IMG/VR virus record: IMGVR_UViG_3300030108_004854
Location: 1 to 64,000 of that record
Origin: a virus
Length of the DNA stretch: 64,000 nucleotides
Direction: 5' to 3' (one strand)
Shown here piece by piece: positions 27,805-36,461 of this stretch; positions within the stretch are counted from its first letter, which is position 1; the number at the start of each line of letters is the position of its first letter. The position numbers and the translations under genes are program-made. The notes under the pieces are model-generated. The model was given only the letters and a program-made list of their open reading frames with translations, was not told where the DNA came from and did not search any database.

Positions 27805-28455
27805 ATGGCACGCGTTACCAAAGTCAATCTTAAAAAACTTAATACTCTTGAGCTTTTTAAACATCATAATGCGCTTAGTTCTTCCATTAATCTTCTTACA
27901 GATAAAAGTAAACAAGACGCATTAGACGAACTTGAACAATGTGCTGGCCTTCGATCTTCAAAGATCGATGGCTTGCACTATGCAATTGTTAAAAACGAAC
28001 ATTTAGTAGAAATTGGTAAATCAGAAAAACAAACATTAGATGCTTCAATTAAACGTCATCAAAATGAAATCGATTCTATTAAATCATTAATTAAAGAATT
28101 GCGCAGGCGTGGTCATGCTACTGACAATAAACTTGTTGGTAAAGATTATGAATTCACAGTGTCTCCCATTAAAGATTCAATAGAAATAACAAGTGACGTA
28201 AGCGATTGGTCTGATGACGAACAGGAACAATGCGCTATTGTCAAAGAGGTAATTACTACTACGGTTCTTAAGACTGTTAATGGAACAGTCATTGATTCGC
28301 AGGAAAAACTTACTTTCAATAAAATCCCTAATCTTGAAGCCATCCGTGCCTTACACAACAACGGCCAAAAATTACCACAAGGTGTTACCGTCAAAACGAA
28401 CTATGCCATCCGCACGCACCGAATCCTCAACAACTCAGAGTTGGACAGAGGATAA
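27805..28455 (+). CDS. siphovirus Gp157-like protein
   Basis: coiled coil, KIDGLHY, C-terminal PNLEAIR...GQKLPQGV. Confidence 0.6.
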   Translation: MARVTKVNLKKLNTLELFKHHNALSSSINLLTDKSKQDALDELEQCAGLRSSKIDGLHYAIVKNEHLVEIGKSEKQTLDASIKRHQNEIDSIKSLIKELRRRGHATDNKLVGKDYEFTVSPIKDSIEITSDVSDWSDDEQEQCAIVKEVITTTVLKTVNGTVIDSQEKLTFNKIPNLEAIRALHNNGQKLPQGVTVKTNYAIRTHRILNNSELDRG

Positions 28456-28732
28456 ATATCATCCTTCTCTTCAGCGTAGTTTTTATACAGATCTTCCTTG
28501 TCCTTATGACAAACATGAAGCTGAAATTAAAATGCAATGCCACAGGCATGCAGTAGCTGATATTGAACTTCAGAAAGAAGTTCTAGAAGAGGAGATTAAT
28601 TTAGAAATCGCTCAAGATGTACCATACAATGCAAATAAGTTAGATCGTTTAAAAGAACGTAAGATTAAATTAATTAATGCCAAACGCTTCCATCAAAATG
28701 CGTCTAATGCTTATTGGTATTATCTCCAGTAA
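28280..28732 (+). CDS. hypothetical protein (start uncertain)
   Basis: helical ORF; 5' part overlaps the previous gene. Confidence 0.5.
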   Translation: MEQSLIRRKNLLSIKSLILKPSVPYTTTAKNYHKVLPSKRTMPSARTESSTTQSWTEDKYHPSLQRSFYTDLPCPYDKHEAEIKMQCHRHAVADIELQKEVLEEEINLEIAQDVPYNANKLDRLKERKIKLINAKRFHQNASNAYWYYLQ

Positions 28733-28756
28733 GCTGGTAGTAACTCGGGGTGCCAC

Positions 28757-29062
28757 ATGAATAGTAGAAATTACGAGGAGTTAAACCATTACATCCTCGA
28801 TTCATTTACTAAAGGTGGCACTCCATTACCAACCATGCTTGGTAACAAACAAGAATGGATGACTACAATAATAGTTGCAGGTTTATTAGCAAATGAAAAT
28901 GTATCTGCAGCAATTGATGCTGAAGGTATTGTTGATGCTGCTATTAATTATGTCAACATTATTCAACAACGTTTAGGTCATTATCAAAACAATCAAGTTA
29001 ATTCTTTAAATCATTTATTAAGTAAAACTAGCGGGGAGTTTGATCAAACTGAGGAATCATAA
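28757..29062 (+). CDS. hypothetical protein
   Basis: 101 aa ORF. Confidence 0.65.
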   Translation: MNSRNYEELNHYILDSFTKGGTPLPTMLGNKQEWMTTIIVAGLLANENVSAAIDAEGIVDAAINYVNIIQQRLGHYQNNQVNSLNHLLSKTSGEFDQTEES

Positions 29063-29294
29063 TGCCAGGTCGTAATCCATAAAAGCCTGGATTAATAAAT
29101 GGATTACGTAATTGATTTTGAATATAAGAATCACCAAAAGGATTTTGGGGTTTAATACCCATAATTTCTCCCATGTGTCTACCTGCAATATTTCCAGGTG
29201 CTGGCATGTTTTCAAGAAGACTATAATCATTCAACATTCTCTTGTTACTAAGAGGATCCCTCTTGGCAGGCATGCGATTATACATCTTGTTCAA
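29028..29294 (-). CDS. hypothetical protein
   Basis: 88 aa Pro/Gly/Asn-rich ORF filling the gap. Confidence 0.5.
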   Translation of the reverse strand: MNKMYNRMPAKRDPLSNKRMLNDYSLLENMPAPGNIAGRHMGEIMGIKPQNPFGDSYIQNQLRNPFINPGFYGLRPGIMIPQFDQTPR

Positions 29295-29337
29295 TGCTCT
29301 TATATAAATTATAATTTAGACACTTCTACAAAAGCTC

Positions 29338-29529
29338 GTGCCGATTATTGAAATCAAAATGACCATTGACCTTGAGGTTGAATACAATCCTTTCTTAGGA
29401 AAAACTAAAGAAGAATTTGCAGATTCACTTGAAGAAGACTTTCATCTTGCTTTGTCAGAGTTCCGGGAACAAGATGTTCAAGCTTGGTTTACTGATGTAG
29501 TATCTGTCAAAGAAATCTGCGCTAACTGA
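29338..29529 (+). CDS. small acidic protein
   Basis: 63 aa. Confidence 0.6.
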   Translation: MPIIEIKMTIDLEVEYNPFLGKTKEEFADSLEEDFHLALSEFREQDVQAWFTDVVSVKEICAN

Positions 29530-29530
29530 A

Positions 29531-29806
29531 ATGAACACAGATTATTTAGCTAACTGGGACACCAAAAAAGAACAACAAAAAGCCCAGTTCACGGAGCATA
29601 TGTATCGATGCTCTGGTCGTACAAATGGTTTATTTACTGGACTTTGGCATGAGTTTTGTCTCAATGAAGCTGGTCCTTTAGCGCGTGAACAATTTTTTGA
29701 GAAGCTAGAAGCTATTCGTAAGTTTGAAGAACTACAACGAATACCAGTTGCTCAAAAAGAAGTTAGTATGGCTAAAGAATTGTTTATTACTAATTTTCAC
29801 GATTGA
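29531..29806 (+). CDS. conserved cyanophage hypothetical protein
   Basis: YRCSGRTNGLFTGLW motif. Confidence 0.65.
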   Translation: MNTDYLANWDTKKEQQKAQFTEHMYRCSGRTNGLFTGLWHEFCLNEAGPLAREQFFEKLEAIRKFEELQRIPVAQKEVSMAKELFITNFHD

Positions 29807-30155
29807 TATGCCAACACAAAGTTTCGGTAATCCTATTGTCGCTGAGTTAAATGAACCTGGAGTTACTAAAAACTCCAGAGAAAATCTGCATGATACGAGT
29901 CATGCAGTAATCCCTGGACATTCTGATATTAAATATGAAACATATAAAAAATTAGTTTTTGCTTTTGAAGAAATAATCAGTTCTAATCTTGAACCATACG
30001 ATCTTTTAAGTGATGATCGTTTATCTGGTAAAGATATATACAATGCATTGCAAGAAGCAATACAAAGTATTCGAAAATTTCATCAAGCTGAACTTAAAAT
30101 TTTAGATGAACTTGAATCATTAAGTCTCACTACTCGGAAAGTTTACATCGATTAA
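29724..30155 (+). CDS. hypothetical protein (true start probably near 29808)
   Basis: ORF of the track. Confidence 0.55.
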   Translation: MKNYNEYQLLKKKLVWLKNCLLLIFTIDMPTQSFGNPIVAELNEPGVTKNSRENLHDTSHAVIPGHSDIKYETYKKLVFAFEEIISSNLEPYDLLSDDRLSGKDIYNALQEAIQSIRKFHQAELKILDELESLSLTTRKVYID

Positions 30156-30317
30156 ACGATAATCAGATGTCTCTACCAACGGATCATTAGAACCTTTGTT
30201 GATAGCAACAGCTCTTCGATAATACATATTGTCAGTTTGTCCGACTGTTTCCAAGTGACTCTGGATCTTTATCCAGTTCTCTTTTGTTTCGTTGTCCATA
30301 CCAAGTTGCAAATTCAA
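30120..30317 (-). CDS. small cyanophage hypothetical protein
   Basis: MDNETKENWIKIQSHLE..GQTDNMYYRRA motif. Confidence 0.6.
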   Translation of the reverse strand: MNLQLGMDNETKENWIKIQSHLETVGQTDNMYYRRAVAINKGSNDPLVETSDYRLIDVNFPSSET

Positions 30318-30435
30318 GTTTGTAATGAGCTTTGTCTGCTTTACGAATCAGCTCTTGGGCTTCTTCTCTAGATAAACATTGCTCAGCTTTTACATTAAGT
30401 TGCTGTAATTTTTTATGTTGTTTGATTGGATTCAT
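30232..30435 (-). CDS. small hypothetical protein
   Basis: KAEQCLSREEAQELIRKA. Confidence 0.55.
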   Translation of the reverse strand: MNPIKQHKKLQQLNVKAEQCLSREEAQELIRKADKAHYKLEFATWYGQRNKRELDKDPESLGNSRTN

Positions 30436-30465
30436 TTAACAAATAATTTATTTTTATAAATACTG

Positions 30466-31182
30466 TTAATATTCTAGTTTGTTTGTATTAACAGTATCAA
30501 AAGCCATTAAACTTTTTTCTGTTTTAGTTTCCCAAAAATATTCTTCTGATTCTCCAAGGCGTCCCCATTTTGCATTAGGACTTTCTACTTGAAAGTATCT
30601 GCTGGAAACAAGGAAGTCTGGTTGTTTAAGTTCTTCTGGTGACAAAGAAGGATCAGTAAGACGGCATCTGTTGTTTGGATACGCTGCAATTTGACCGTTT
30701 GGCAATGTAATGATGTTGAAAGATTTGTGTTCGTCTGGTGTTTCTGCAAAAGAAATATCAGTCCTAGAACGATCACCATTAAAGCTGTCAATGGTAAATA
30801 AATATTCACCAGGGATAGACCCGTGGGTTTTTGTTCTAATTTCCCACCCCATTGTGTAGGTAAGATTTTTTTCCAGCGTGGTAATGTCATGACTAAAACA
30901 ATTCCAGAATTGTAATTCTTCTAAAGGAAGATCAGGAGAAGGATCTACAGGAGCTTCAGGACTATCCGAATCCCAAATTAAAAAAGCTGAAATAGGAAGC
31001 TTGTCATATAAAGCACCATAGCTTGGTAAAAAAGTTTCAAAGTAAAAAACTCTGCCGGGTAAAGACTTTATAGATGTCCAGTATCCTAAAACATATTCAC
31101 CGAAGCCATCTCTTAAGTCTCGTAAATATTCTTTACGCACCCATACTTTTACTGGAGGTGCATTAGTAATTAAAGTAGACAC
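30466..31182 (-). CDS. conserved cyanophage hypothetical protein
   Basis: 238 aa; VWVRKEYL...GALYDKLPISAF...LQFWNCF...AYPNNR. Confidence 0.75.
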   Translation of the reverse strand: MSTLITNAPPVKVWVRKEYLRDLRDGFGEYVLGYWTSIKSLPGRVFYFETFLPSYGALYDKLPISAFLIWDSDSPEAPVDPSPDLPLEELQFWNCFSHDITTLEKNLTYTMGWEIRTKTHGSIPGEYLFTIDSFNGDRSRTDISFAETPDEHKSFNIITLPNGQIAAYPNNRCRLTDPSLSPEELKQPDFLVSSRYFQVESPNAKWGRLGESEEYFWETKTEKSLMAFDTVNTNKLEY

Positions 31183-31226
31183 TTGACAAAAGACTTTTGC
31201 ATACTCTAATACTTTTTTATTGTAAA

Positions 31227-31263
31227 TAAAAGAAAAATCCCAAGCAATTTACTGCCTGGGATT
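31227..31263 (-). terminator. intrinsic terminator after hli
   Basis: minus strand AATCCCAGGCA-GTAAAT-TGCTTGGGATT then TTTCTTTT. Confidence 0.7.
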
Positions 31264-31290
31264 GACTCCTTTCACTTCATTTTTACTTTA

Positions 31291-31422
31291 TCACCAAATA
31301 CCAGGAATAACCTGGCCTGTTAAAGCATATGCACCAAGTGCTGCAACAATACCAAGCATGGCAAGGCGTCCATTCCATACTTCTCCTTGATGTGTTTTAC
31401 ATTTTTTAGCTTCACAAGACAT
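31291..31422 (-). CDS. hli: high-light inducible protein
   Basis: EVWNGRLAMLG...TGQVIPGIW chlorophyll-binding motif; start at MSCEAKK. Confidence 0.92.
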   Translation of the reverse strand: MSCEAKKCKTHQGEVWNGRLAMLGIVAALGAYALTGQVIPGIW

Positions 31423-31483
31423 GATTTTAAAATATATTTGATCTTTTATTTTAGAATGTAGATAACAAAAGTAATACAGGCTG

Positions 31484-32023
31484 ATGCAAAGCGGAATTGC
31501 AACGGAGTACATTCAAGCTGTACCTGATCAACAGCCACAACCAATAAACAAAGATCCACAACCCAAGAGTAAAAAAGAAGAGATAGGGCCGCTTGTTGAT
31601 ATTATGCTCCAAACATTGGGCTGTCTTAATCAACTGCAAATTCAAGCTCATCTTATTCATTTTAATTATGAGGCTCCTAATTTTCTTGCAGTACATAAAC
31701 AACTCAAAAAACAATATGAGTTACATTTAAAACAGTTTGACAAACTCGGTGAGCAAATTCGCAGTCTTGATTACATGACTGTAATGTGCAATAAAGGATT
31801 GATTAGCTGTTATAAAAAGTTTGAACATTGCAATTCGTATGATCCAATAGATATGCTTTGTATTTATATTAAAAATTTAGAGAATGCTGGAATGCTAGCT
31901 AAAAAAATGAATGATGTAGCTTGCAGGCATAAAGCACCAGACGTAGGACATTATGCTGCTGAGCTTGTAGGTGAAATGTTTGAGAGTGCATGGTTATTTA
32001 AAGCAACACTGCGTCGTATGTAA
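31484..32023 (+). CDS. dps: Dps/ferritin-like protein
   Basis: HLIHFN..NFLAVH...FDKLGEQIR keeps the H/H/D/E ferroxidase pattern. Confidence 0.8.
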   Translation: MQSGIATEYIQAVPDQQPQPINKDPQPKSKKEEIGPLVDIMLQTLGCLNQLQIQAHLIHFNYEAPNFLAVHKQLKKQYELHLKQFDKLGEQIRSLDYMTVMCNKGLISCYKKFEHCNSYDPIDMLCIYIKNLENAGMLAKKMNDVACRHKAPDVGHYAAELVGEMFESAWLFKATLRRM

Positions 32024-32349
32024 TGAGCTGCTTTTTCTAAACGTACTGGGTCATCTTTCATATGACCTAAAGCTATATTGCATTGATGACATAAAAGACC
32101 TCTTACAGTTTTTGTTAGATGGCAGTGATCCACATACAAAGGCTTGTCTGGCATTGTCTGGCACTTGTCTGGCATTGTCTGGCATTTGTCTGGCATTGTC
32201 TGGCACTTGTCTGGCATTGTCTGGCACTTGTCTGGCAGTTGTCCACAAATTTTACAAGTATAATTTTGTTCAACCAACATTTGTTTATATTTCTCTTCTG
32301 TAATTCCATAACGATGTTTTAGATTATGTTTACGACTAGCCACTAACAT
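31951..32349 (-). CDS. endonuclease VII family (HNH-type) protein with internal repeat
   Basis: RYGIT...Q..TCKIC...LYVDHCH..VRGLLCHQCNIALG; start moved to MLVASRK, downstream of a terminator. Confidence 0.85.
   Translation of the reverse strand: MLVASRKHNLKHRYGITEEKYKQMLVEQNYTCKICGQLPDKCQTMPDKCQTMPDKCQTMPDKCQTMPDKPLYVDHCHLTKTVRGLLCHQCNIALGHMKDDPVRLEKAAHYIRRSVALNNHALSNISPTSSAA
32143..32237. repeat. tandem array of 9 x TTGTCTGGCA (alternating 10/11-bp units)
   Basis: counted directly; encodes (PDKCQTM)x4. Confidence 0.95.
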
Positions 32350-32371
32350 TAACTCTTTTTTAGATAGTAAC

Positions 32372-32396
32372 AAAAAAAGGAGACCAATTGGCCTCC
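32372..32396 (-). terminator. intrinsic terminator
   Basis: minus strand GGAGGCC-AATT-GGTCTCC then TTTTTTT. Confidence 0.75.
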
Positions 32397-32463
32397 CAAT
32401 AATTCCCTCAACCGTCCCGTTCAAGAACACTTGTAAACAGTATGTAAAGTAGGTTCGACTAAC

Positions 32464-33738
32464 CTACTCTTTGATAATAGCCCAAACCAGGTCATCGTAC
32501 CGACCAGACTCTCGTACATCAAATACACGAATACCTTCCTGTTGTTCAGACGTAAACAAAGCAGTTAATTCTGTAAGGATTTTTTCATCTTGAATATCTT
32601 CAATAATTAACACTCCTTTATTTGCAAGCAGGTCATAGTAGTACTTGGCTACAAATAAAATATCATCTTTTTTGTGACTTCCGTCATCAATAATGACGTG
32701 GTATTTTTTATCAGCAAATGTTCTTAATGCTGTAGCTGAATACGCATTTGTTTCATAAAAATCAAAACGATCAGGGTCCAGTTGGTCCCAAATAATATTG
32801 TTTACTTGATCGTATAAGTCAATTAAATCTAGCCAAGACTGTGGTAAATACTCATGCCATAGTAATGCAGATCCTCCATACTGCACTCCAATCTCTAAAA
32901 GGTTGCATTCTATATCTCGATACTGTTCTAACAAGTAAGCATAGATGCCAGTGTAGTTATGGATCGTTGCTTTATCTGTACCACCTGGATAATCAAAGCC
33001 ATTAATGTTGAGACTTTCTAATATCTCAATCATTTCTTTATCAGGCTCATGCCAACAAGGTTTGTCCATGTGTCTTTGTCCAGTCATATAGTTATCAGTA
33101 TAAATGCTTTTTGGATATGGTTGCAAATAATGATGTGCAATGCTTGAATTGTTGTATTTAGATTCCCATAAGTTTTTTACTTTAGGTTCTCCTGTACCAA
33201 TCCAAAATTTACGATCATATCTAAATGAACTTTCTAAGGCCTCTTCGTCCAAAGTATTGATATAACTTGATTTACCCCACCAGAAACCACCCGAGAAGTG
33301 TGGGTGATAACCCATTGAAGTATTTTCTTGCCAGTTAATACCAGCCAAATCATACCCATTTTGCAATGCTTGATAGCATTCACGCCAATTAGTGATGCAG
33401 AAGTACTGCATAAGTTTTCGCCAGTCTTCTGTATATTTAGTTTTTCTAGACGATCCTTTTGTATGAAAGTAACAAACGTATGCTTCAGGGTTGGCAGCAG
33501 ACCATTTCCGTAAGGCCTGGAGAGTTTCTGTTTCTTCTTGTTGATTCTTATTTCCTCTTGCAATAGCCTTATCTGGAATAGACAAAAGGCACAAGCTGCC
33601 ATTAAATCCAACATGGAAATGTTTAAGTTTGTCATAAAGACCATTGGAAACTAACGCACCTAGTTGTTCGTAATACATGTCTTCCCATCCTTGTCCTGGA
33701 AAGACGTGATAAAAACAACCAATATTAAGCGCGGTCAA
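32464..33738 (-). CDS. fusion of a glycosyltransferase-like domain and a class I SAM methyltransferase
   Basis: N-half YFHTKG...HFSGGFWW; C-half TDK..HNY, LLEIGV..GGS, IIDDGSH, GVLIIEDI. Confidence 0.75.
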   Translation of the reverse strand: MTALNIGCFYHVFPGQGWEDMYYEQLGALVSNGLYDKLKHFHVGFNGSLCLLSIPDKAIARGNKNQQEETETLQALRKWSAANPEAYVCYFHTKGSSRKTKYTEDWRKLMQYFCITNWRECYQALQNGYDLAGINWQENTSMGYHPHFSGGFWWGKSSYINTLDEEALESSFRYDRKFWIGTGEPKVKNLWESKYNNSSIAHHYLQPYPKSIYTDNYMTGQRHMDKPCWHEPDKEMIEILESLNINGFDYPGGTDKATIHNYTGIYAYLLEQYRDIECNLLEIGVQYGGSALLWHEYLPQSWLDLIDLYDQVNNIIWDQLDPDRFDFYETNAYSATALRTFADKKYHVIIDDGSHKKDDILFVAKYYYDLLANKGVLIIEDIQDEKILTELTALFTSEQQEGIRVFDVRESGRYDDLVWAIIKE

Positions 33739-34960
33739 TTTCGATTTCAGGGAGCATTGTAATTAGTCTACCCTTGTATCCATCGTCAATCAGAGATTGC
33801 TTGATAGCTGGACCAAAATTATGCGCCATGATAATTATATTGTCTGGCCTGTCAAATCTTAAATATTCTCTGTCAACAATTCTAATGCTCGTACCAGGTA
33901 TATATTTACCTTGTTTTTGGACAGTATCATCAACACAATATGTATCATTTAATTGCCAAGAGTTAACTGCATTTAAATAAACACAGCCTTTAGCAGCTGC
34001 TCCAAACAAAGCAATGCTGCCATCTAATTTATTTAAAAATGCTTGGTCTTTAATAATTTTTGTCCACACTAATGACATGTAACGGTTGTAATCAAACCAT
34101 TCTTCTTTTTTAATAAATTCTTCTGCTGCATCTGTATCTCCATACATTTCTTTGTTTGTAATCCATAAACGCATTGAGCCGCCATGAATTGGAATTTTTT
34201 CAGCGTGATAAATATTAAGCCCAAATTTAGATAATAATTTTTTTATAGGTTTTACTAACCAGTAATAATAATGCTCATGATAAAACTGATCAAACTGTAA
34301 GGTTTCTAATGTAGTTAAGGTATAAGGAAACTCAAGAATCCAAGTACCGTCTAACTTTTCAGCAATACCTTCTACAAATTTTTCTGCATCAGGAGTGTGT
34401 TGAAATGCATTGGTTGTAAAAATAAAATCTGCTTTAGGAACTGGTGCTTTTTTACTCCAAAATTCATTAACAAAATGAATTCCTTTTTCTAAATTTTCAC
34501 CAGCAAAAGAATTACTGGCATCTACGTTATACATTTCCAGTGGACGACCTGCTTCTTGCTGCATAGTATGCAAAAGTGTGCCGTCATTACCTCCAATATC
34601 AATTATTCTTTTTGGTTTTAAATGCTTAATTGATTGCCACATTCGTCGACAATGACGAATATATGGTTTGTTCACTCCTGAATGATAAAGATAATCTGCA
34701 TATAGTTCTTCTGGAGGAACAGAAGTGTCTAAATGAATACAAAGATCTTCATTAATTAATGCACGTATTGGGTATTGCGTAGCAGCTAAAGCTTCTTCTG
34801 CTGTGTTTTTAAGGCTATTTACAACAGGTTGTGTACCTAAATCCAATAAAATATTAGATCCATCGAAGTTTTTGTCTTCTGACTGGATCGAATTCCCAAA
34901 ATGAGAGCGGATAATTTTTTCCGAAAGGCTTGGCATATTTTTCTTGGGCAGGACTACCAC
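33725..34960 (-). CDS. NDP-hexose C-methyltransferase-like protein
   Basis: LDLGTQP, IIDIGGNDGTLL, FDQFYHEH, IHGGSMR, FGAAAKG, KQGKYIPG. Confidence 0.85.
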   Translation of the reverse strand: MVVLPKKNMPSLSEKIIRSHFGNSIQSEDKNFDGSNILLDLGTQPVVNSLKNTAEEALAATQYPIRALINEDLCIHLDTSVPPEELYADYLYHSGVNKPYIRHCRRMWQSIKHLKPKRIIDIGGNDGTLLHTMQQEAGRPLEMYNVDASNSFAGENLEKGIHFVNEFWSKKAPVPKADFIFTTNAFQHTPDAEKFVEGIAEKLDGTWILEFPYTLTTLETLQFDQFYHEHYYYWLVKPIKKLLSKFGLNIYHAEKIPIHGGSMRLWITNKEMYGDTDAAEEFIKKEEWFDYNRYMSLVWTKIIKDQAFLNKLDGSIALFGAAAKGCVYLNAVNSWQLNDTYCVDDTVQKQGKYIPGTSIRIVDREYLRFDRPDNIIIMAHNFGPAIKQSLIDDGYKGRLITMLPEIEIDRA

Positions 34961-35591
34961 CCCACTTTTCTACATAATACTTGTAATTTTTCCGAAATGT
35001 GTATTGATTTTTTTTCTGAAAATCTGTTGAACTATTTAACGTACTTGATCTATGATGATGAGCTTGTAAAGGAATAGTATCCACACTTGCACCAGACTGT
35101 ATGATGCGATAGCGATAATCGTTGTCTTCAAAATAACCAGGAAAAAAGTTTTCGTCTAAATAACCTACTTTTGCAAGCAGTTGTGGTGTCCATAAAAATC
35201 CACACATACAATCCGTAGGCGTATTTCCCAGGAATGCACCAAAAGGAACAGTCGCTACTTTGTTTAAAACACGTTCCCATTGACCTGGAAGTGGATGCCA
35301 ATCATAGCCACATACAATCCAATGCTTGCAATCTGTATTGTCTCTAATGATTTGATTTACTGAGCCAGGGTATCCTGCATTCAAGTTATTCTGAACGACA
35401 ACAATTTCTTGTATATGGTCAGGTTTGCAATCGCATATAGCATCAATAGCTTTTTCGACTTCTTTATCGCGTTCCATTGAGTTGTCAACAATATAATACC
35501 TTTTCAAAGGAACATCTATTGTTTGAAAATGCTCAAGTAATAACTGTCCTCCTACTAAAACAGGGACACCAATACACTCTAATCTGTTCAT
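34854..35591 (-). CDS. glycosyltransferase family 2-like protein
   Basis: IVDNS, NAGYPGSVN, VGYLDENFFPGYFEDNDY. Confidence 0.8.
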   Translation of the reverse strand: MNRLECIGVPVLVGGQLLLEHFQTIDVPLKRYYIVDNSMERDKEVEKAIDAICDCKPDHIQEIVVVQNNLNAGYPGSVNQIIRDNTDCKHWIVCGYDWHPLPGQWERVLNKVATVPFGAFLGNTPTDCMCGFLWTPQLLAKVGYLDENFFPGYFEDNDYRYRIIQSGASVDTIPLQAHHHRSSTLNSSTDFQKKNQYTFRKNYKYYVEKWGGSPAQEKYAKPFGKNYPLSFWEFDPVRRQKLRWI

Positions 35592-35621
35592 TTTACTGTT
35601 AAGCTAAATTTAATATACATA

Positions 35622-36461
35622 ATGATGATGGTTGTCGATAACGAAGGCCAAACTGTTTACGATCTTTTTAACGAAGACCCAGATACTTTTCTTGCTCTCA
35701 ATAGCAAGCCAGCACGAATCGTTATTAATGGTAAACGCCATTACGAAACTCCTTTTCTAACTGGTCCGGCAGCATCCGTTACTACTATTATCTCAGAGAC
35801 TGCTTCTGAAGCAAACAAAAAGAAACTAGAAATGTGGTCAAAAAACAACCCGGGTGTTAAAGAAGCTGCAGCGGAACGAGGTACCGCCATACATTCATGC
35901 ATGGAGCATTACTTGAAGAAAGAAGACGTTGACGTTCCTGAGCAGTATGGAGACTATTGGACTGGGATGCCAAACATTCTGAACCAATTTGACGAAGTAA
36001 TTTGGGCCGAAACACCTTTGTACGATAACCATCAGTTCGCTTTATCCGAAGATGGTATCGGGCGCGTGTGGGGCAGGGACGAAGAGGAGAGACCATGGGT
36101 GGGTAGCCCTGACATTATTGGAATTGCTGGCGGTAAGCTAACGCTTGCCGACTTAAAGACTAGTGCCAAACCTTATTGTAGGTGGTGGCCTAAAGATTAT
36201 CCAAAGGGTTCGCCTGAGTGGCGTGTCAGGCTTGGCGGATATATGAAATTTAAAAAATGTTGTTTGCAATTAGGTGCTTATGCACTAGGTATTGAGCAGA
36301 CACTTAACATGAAAGTGGATCAGGCTGCCATACTTGTTTCGACGCCAGAAGACACCCAGCTGTTTAAAATTTCTAGGCGTCATCTAGATTATTGTCAGCA
36401 AGACTGGTTAAAAGTTGTAGCGGAATACTACGATCAAATCAAATTAGACTACGAATTTTAA
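35622..36461 (+). CDS. PD-(D/E)XK exonuclease
   Basis: SVTTII, RGTAIH, GSPD, ADLKTS, QLGAY. Confidence 0.85.
   Translation: MMMVVDNEGQTVYDLFNEDPDTFLALNSKPARIVINGKRHYETPFLTGPAASVTTIISETASEANKKKLEMWSKNNPGVKEAAAERGTAIHSCMEHYLKKEDVDVPEQYGDYWTGMPNILNQFDEVIWAETPLYDNHQFALSEDGIGRVWGRDEEERPWVGSPDIIGIAGGKLTLADLKTSAKPYCRWWPKDYPKGSPEWRVRLGGYMKFKKCCLQLGAYALGIEQTLNMKVDQAAILVSTPEDTQLFKISRRHLDYCQQDWLKVVAEYYDQIKLDYEF

Noticed and set aside
31971-32322. Several alternative-frame ORFs over the tandem array
   Set aside because: Open only because the repeat lacks stop codons
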